This document shows, one piece after another, positions 59,983 to 64,000 of a DNA stretch of 64,000 nucleotides. How positions within the stretch are numbered: the stretch's first letter is position 1; the number at the start of each line of letters is the position of its first letter. This DNA comes from an uncultured cyanobacterium (GTDB lineage: Bacteria; Cyanobacteriota; Cyanobacteriia; PCC-9006; JAAUQQ01): the NCBI GenBank assembly GCA_963718615.1, contig OY970368.1, positions 192,001 through 256,000 of the forward strand. Reading direction: 5' to 3'. The notes below the pieces were generated by a model, which had not been told where the DNA came from, did no database searches, and saw nothing but the letters and a program-made list of their open reading frames with translations. The translations under genes and the position numbers were made by a program.

Positions 59983-62571
59983 CTAGCGGTGGGACAGAAG
60001 CTGAAATTTGTAGCCTGTTTTAACCTTGGCATCCGGGACGACTTTGAGGAGACCCATAGTACGCGACTTAGGCTTAGTGACTCTAAACTGCACAGGACCT
60101 GTAATTCCCTCGTGACTGAATTTGGGATTGGCAAGATATTGCTGTAAGACCGCTCGCTCGCTCGGTTTTACGGATTGAAACAGATTGAATCCTAAGGCAT
60201 TGAACCCTAAGGCATTGAATCCTGTAGGAGACGCCTGCTTAATCTCCCGCAGGCCTTCGGCAATGATGTTGGTGGCATCATAGGACATCGCAGTCCGCCA
60301 GGTCACCGGCCCTCCCCAGAGCTGCATCGCCTTTTGCAGGAAGGGATGGTTTACCGGTAAATTTTCGGGCGTCCAGAGGCTGGGAATCACCATGCCCGCC
60401 ATGGCAGCTTGGCCTTGCTCAAGCGTGAGCTGGGTGTAAAACGAAGGGCTGCCGTAAAGGGTCAAAGGTTTAGGTTCTTGGGCATTGATACGGGCTAGGT
60501 CAATCCCGTTTTTTAGGCGATCGACATGGGTGGCGATGACAATGGCTTGGGCGTTTGTTTTTGCAATTTGTTTGATCGCCTGCTCAGGCGAAAAATCGGG
60601 TTGCGCAAAGTCACAATTAACATCCACAATTGTGCCCTTGAACGTTCGCATGAAATCTTGTCCAAAAGACGCGTTATCTTCGGCAGAGGTATCCACACAA
60701 ACCGCAATGGTTTGATCCCCGCGACGTTGCATATAGGCCGAGAGCATTTGGCTCACCGTCACCATATCTGGCACCATGCGGAAGGCATAGGGATATTGCT
60801 TGCCAACGTTATAGAAACTTAAATCGGCAGCGAAGCTCGTGGGGGTCAACATCACCAGCCCTTTTGGGTTATAAACCTTCGCACCTGCCATTGAAGCATT
60901 GGTTGCATTGTGGCCAATGACGGCTAGGATGTTGCGATCGCCCACAAATTGCTGAGCCAGTTGTTTAGAAAGCTCGGTGTCGTTGTCATCGTTCGCAATC
61001 ACAACCAGCAGTTTTTTGCCCTCGTTAGAACCCTCATTGAACTGGGTTTGAGCTTGAGCAACCCCTCGCAGCATTTCCTGGGCAACATCCACATTGCTCC
61101 CAATTGGAACACTCACAACAACGGTGAAATGGGCCGTTTGATTGGCCAGAATTCTAGCATTGTTAAGATAGATGCGGGTTTCTGGATCGTTGCGGTTTTG
61201 GCGCAATGAGGTCTCAAATTCCGTTACCGCTGCTTGCCAGTTTTTCTGGGCACAAGCGCTGCTCCTTCGCTGTTTAGCGTTTTCCTGTTTCGATAAGGGA
61301 ATTAACAAGTCCTCGCAATGGCTGATGCGCGAGGCTAGCGTCCAGGCCCAAAAGACTTGGGAGCCCCACCATCCTACCCCCAGTAAAGCCGCAAAAAGGC
61401 AAAGGCTAAAAAGGACAATCGTCCGCTTCCGCCGTTGCCGTCGGTACTGAAAGCTGGGTGCAGACGGATTTTGAAAAATGACCGGTAGCCAGGTCGCCTG
61501 GGGATAGGTCTGGCTCAGGTCCTGAAGTCGCTCTCGGGCATGGCGCACTGCGAGGTGAAAGGCCTCTCCCGCTTGAAACGCCTGCAAAAAGTAACGCAAA
61601 AAGTCATGGGCTGCATCATCCGGAATCGGCTCCCGCATGACCACCACGTTAGGGACATGGGCCGAACTGACCCCTTGGGCCAGTCCCAGGCCATCGCAGG
61701 AATTAAAAATCGCTAATTTGAGTCCCTTACGCACCGCCACGGTTAGGGCTTCGGTGAGCTCCCGAATCGGAACCGTTGTATTTCCGAGGCCAAGGCTACC
61801 CCCGCCAGAGTCCCCTAGATGATCGCTGGCACTATGCCCCGCAAAGAGCAAGACATCCCAGCTCTCGTAGAACAGGGTGTCTTTGAGGAGAGAAAGCGTG
61901 GGATTTGCTAAACATCGGATCTGAGCATCGGGAAATTGCTGGGTTAGGGTTTGGAAATCGGTTTCGACATCCAGTTGGTCGCAGAGACCTAGAATCACCA
62001 GGATTTTGAGGGGCGATCGCAACATTTTCTCCTTTCCCCCCTGATAGGGAGCCGCCAAGACCAACTCTGCATTGGGACGCACTTGGAAGAGGGGCCAATA
62101 ATGCCAGGGCAGACGTTGCAGGATTGGATCATCCGTTTCAAGAATCAACCGCAGCGGTTCGTTGATCCGGGCTCCATCAATCAGGTCCTCCCGCAAATCC
62201 CGGAAACTAGACTGCTCAAACCACAGCAGCAGCAGTTCCTCCACGCTCTTTCCCTGCTGTTTCACCTCATCCCAGAGACGCTGTGTATTTGAAGTTTGGG
62301 AAAAATTAGTCTTTTGATAAGAGGGAACAATCACCCGGTGCCAGCGCCAGCGTGTTGTTTCACCTAAAGCGCGATACGCCCGCTGCCATGCCCCATACTG
62401 CTCAAACAGGCCTGGGGCTGGAGGCAGTTGATAGGCTATTTTTCTAAAGGGCTGTTGCCCTTCCTGAGCCAGTTCGAGGGTGGCTGAAAAGCCTTGAGCC
62501 ACCGTTGTTCCCGCAGAAATTTTCAGAACTGCAACTTTCCCCGGCTGATTTTTCCCTGGCTGATTGAACAT
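59983..62571 (-). CDS. CHAT (caspase-like) domain + TM + branched-chain amino acid-type periplasmic binding domain
   Basis: LQRLPW, FAGHS and FNSCDG dyad, W.LPV; RRQRRKR then TM; DPETRIYLNN; EMLRGVAQAQ, VIGH, WRTAMSYDA. Confidence 0.88.
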   Translation of the reverse strand: MFNQPGKNQPGKVAVLKISAGTTVAQGFSATLELAQEGQQPFRKIAYQLPPAPGLFEQYGAWQRAYRALGETTRWRWHRVIVPSYQKTNFSQTSNTQRLWDEVKQQGKSVEELLLLWFEQSSFRDLREDLIDGARINEPLRLILETDDPILQRLPWHYWPLFQVRPNAELVLAAPYQGGKEKMLRSPLKILVILGLCDQLDVETDFQTLTQQFPDAQIRCLANPTLSLLKDTLFYESWDVLLFAGHSASDHLGDSGGGSLGLGNTTVPIRELTEALTVAVRKGLKLAIFNSCDGLGLAQGVSSAHVPNVVVMREPIPDDAAHDFLRYFLQAFQAGEAFHLAVRHARERLQDLSQTYPQATWLPVIFQNPSAPSFQYRRQRRKRTIVLFSLCLFAALLGVGWWGSQVFWAWTLASRISHCEDLLIPLSKQENAKQRRSSACAQKNWQAAVTEFETSLRQNRNDPETRIYLNNARILANQTAHFTVVVSVPIGSNVDVAQEMLRGVAQAQTQFNEGSNEGKKLLVVIANDDNDTELSKQLAQQFVGDRNILAVIGHNATNASMAGAKVYNPKGLVMLTPTSFAADLSFYNVGKQYPYAFRMVPDMVTVSQMLSAYMQRRGDQTIAVCVDTSAEDNASFGQDFMRTFKGTIVDVNCDFAQPDFSPEQAIKQIAKTNAQAIVIATHVDRLKNGIDLARINAQEPKPLTLYGSPSFYTQLTLEQGQAAMAGMVIPSLWTPENLPVNHPFLQKAMQLWGGPVTWRTAMSYDATNIIAEGLREIKQASPTGFNALGFNALGFNLFQSVKPSERAVLQQYLANPKFSHEGITGPVQFRVTKPKSRTMGLLKVVPDAKVKTGYKFQLLSHR

Positions 62572-62738
62572 CTATAATTTCCCCAGACTCGTTATAATCC
62601 AACTCCCCAGGGACAATGACTTGAGAATCCCCCTGAGATAATTTCTTGAGATGCCTCCTTGACATGTATATCTGTCTCTCGGGAAAAATTTATTTATATG
62701 CTCCTTGAATGGGGTTCCCAGTACCTGAAGCTAAAACT

Positions 62739-62939
62739 GTGATGACCCACTTGCCTCCGCTACCGACGGCGATCGCCCTAGCCTTCCTCCACTGCGCCAT
62801 TGGCACCGTCGCCGCCGTCATTGCCCAGCGCAAGGGTCGAAATTTTCAGCGTTGGCTGGGAATGGGTTGGATTTGTGGCACACCGTCCCTGATTGCCGCA
62901 CTATGGTTAAAGGAAAACGATTCGGATGTCTCATCTTGA
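62739..62939 (+). CDS. Small membrane hypothetical protein
   Basis: Two hydrophobic segments separated by A.RKGR. Confidence 0.6.
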   Translation: MMTHLPPLPTAIALAFLHCAIGTVAAVIAQRKGRNFQRWLGMGWICGTPSLIAALWLKENDSDVSS

Positions 62940-62978
62940 GTGTTTTTCAACCCTTTTGTATTGTGCCTTGCTTAAACC

Positions 62979-63971
62979 ATGGTTCTGATCCGGATTCCTA
63001 AGGGCTGGGAGATTTCTGAAAATTCCATCAGCAATGAAGCTGCCTTTTTCAATCGGCGACGGTTTATAAGGAACTTCCTTGGGGCAGGGGTGGCGATCGC
63101 CGCCACCCCCCTTCTCACCGCTTGCCAATCCAGCGGCTCTGAACCCAACATTGACCTTAAAGCGACCCTCGATACCCCCGAAGTCGGCGGTTTTCAGCGC
63201 AATCCGGTCTTTAACGAACTCGATCGCCCCCTCACTAAACGAGAGCTCGCCGGTCAATACAACAATTTCTACGAATTTGGCGGCACCAAAACCATTTGGC
63301 CCAAAGCCCAGGCACTGCCGACGGAGCCCTGGACCGTTGAAGTGACCGGCTTAGTCAACAAACCCCGCAGCTTTGACCTTGACGCCCTACAAAAGGAATT
63401 CACCCTGGAAGAACGGCTCTATCGCTTCCGTTGTGTCGAAGCTTGGTCCATGGCGGTGCCCTGGCTGGGGTTTCCCATGAAGGCACTAATCGACAAGGTT
63501 GACCCCAAACCCGAAGCCAAATTTGTCCGTTTCGTCTCGTTCTACGACCCCAAAATCACCACCGGCCCCCAACTCTACTCCAGCTTTTTGCCCTGGCCCT
63601 ACACCGAAGGGCTTCGCATTGAGGAAATGGCTAACGAGCTAGCCTTCTTTGCCCTCGGCATTTATGGACGGTTGTTGCCCAAGCAGCACGGTGCACCGAT
63701 TCGAGCGGTGTTGCCCTGGAAATATGGCTTTAAGGGAGCCAAATCCATTGTCAAAATTGAATTTGTGGCGGAACAGCCCAAAACCTATTGGAATACACTT
63801 CAGCCCAGTGAGTATGCCTTCGAAGCCAATGTAGAACCGAAAGTGCCCCATCCCCGGTGGTCCCAAGCCCAGGAGCGGTTTATTGGCAAGGGGCCAGGGC
63901 TAACCTGGGAGGAGCGCCCAACGCTGCTGTACAACGGCTACGAGAAATTTGTGGCGAATTTATATGCTTAG
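62979..63971 (+). CDS. msrP: Protein-methionine-sulfoxide reductase catalytic subunit
   Basis: Tat RRRF, YNNFYEFG, RFRCVEAWS (Moco Cys), PWKYGFK..K, HPRWSQA. Confidence 0.95.
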   Translation: MVLIRIPKGWEISENSISNEAAFFNRRRFIRNFLGAGVAIAATPLLTACQSSGSEPNIDLKATLDTPEVGGFQRNPVFNELDRPLTKRELAGQYNNFYEFGGTKTIWPKAQALPTEPWTVEVTGLVNKPRSFDLDALQKEFTLEERLYRFRCVEAWSMAVPWLGFPMKALIDKVDPKPEAKFVRFVSFYDPKITTGPQLYSSFLPWPYTEGLRIEEMANELAFFALGIYGRLLPKQHGAPIRAVLPWKYGFKGAKSIVKIEFVAEQPKTYWNTLQPSEYAFEANVEPKVPHPRWSQAQERFIGKGPGLTWEERPTLLYNGYEKFVANLYA

Positions 63972-64000
63972 TCTGGCCTAGAAGAACGACTGTTTGTGAC

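Noticed and set aside
62444-62665. 73-aa ORF overlapping the CHAT gene start, faintly reminiscent of a DUF1822 C-terminus
   Set aside because: The similarity is too weak and most of the ORF overlaps the CHAT gene in another frame.
1-64000. Abundant GCGATCGC octamers
   Set aside because: This is the well-known cyanobacterial HIP1 repeat, used here only as a taxonomic cue.

Overview
Chromosomal window from a cyanobacterium, judged by the abundant HIP1 octamer GCGATCGC and by petJ, cpcS, ycf66, ftn2 and xisHI. Housekeeping genes (pdhA, ftn2, ileS, guaA, cbiD, tadA, era, an amidase, hemB, folP, msrP) are interrupted by four accessory blocks. (1) 11.0-20.1 kb: 13 tightly packed minus-strand genes. 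A Trypco1-like gene, a trypsin-STAND ATPase gene and a membrane-anchored STAND-like ATPase gene with an AT-rich, apparently swapped N-terminus are interleaved with hicAB, higBA, xisHI, DUF433/DUF5615 and a DUF4365 pair. This is my best candidate for an undescribed conflict system. (2) 27.8-34.7 kb: a cynABDS-type cyanate operon next to a PAS kinase and a REC-AraC regulator, with an NtcA-like promoter, a long structured leader and a CynA carrying an unusual Cys/His-containing N-terminal extension. (3) 34.9-37.2 kb: petJ, a His/Met-rich lipoprotein and a DsbD_2/ferric-reductase fusion, behind two GAC-N5-GTC boxes. (4) 44.4-53.1 kb: a decayed defence island with SNF2 helicase, IS4, darT/darG and small-gene remnants, an intact DUF262/DUF1524 nuclease and a four-gene modification cluster. 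A CHAT protease-TM-periplasmic binding protein fusion lies next to a secreted adenosine deaminase. I recognised no rRNA, tRNA or CRISPR array. All family assignments come from motif recognition by eye, not database searches.
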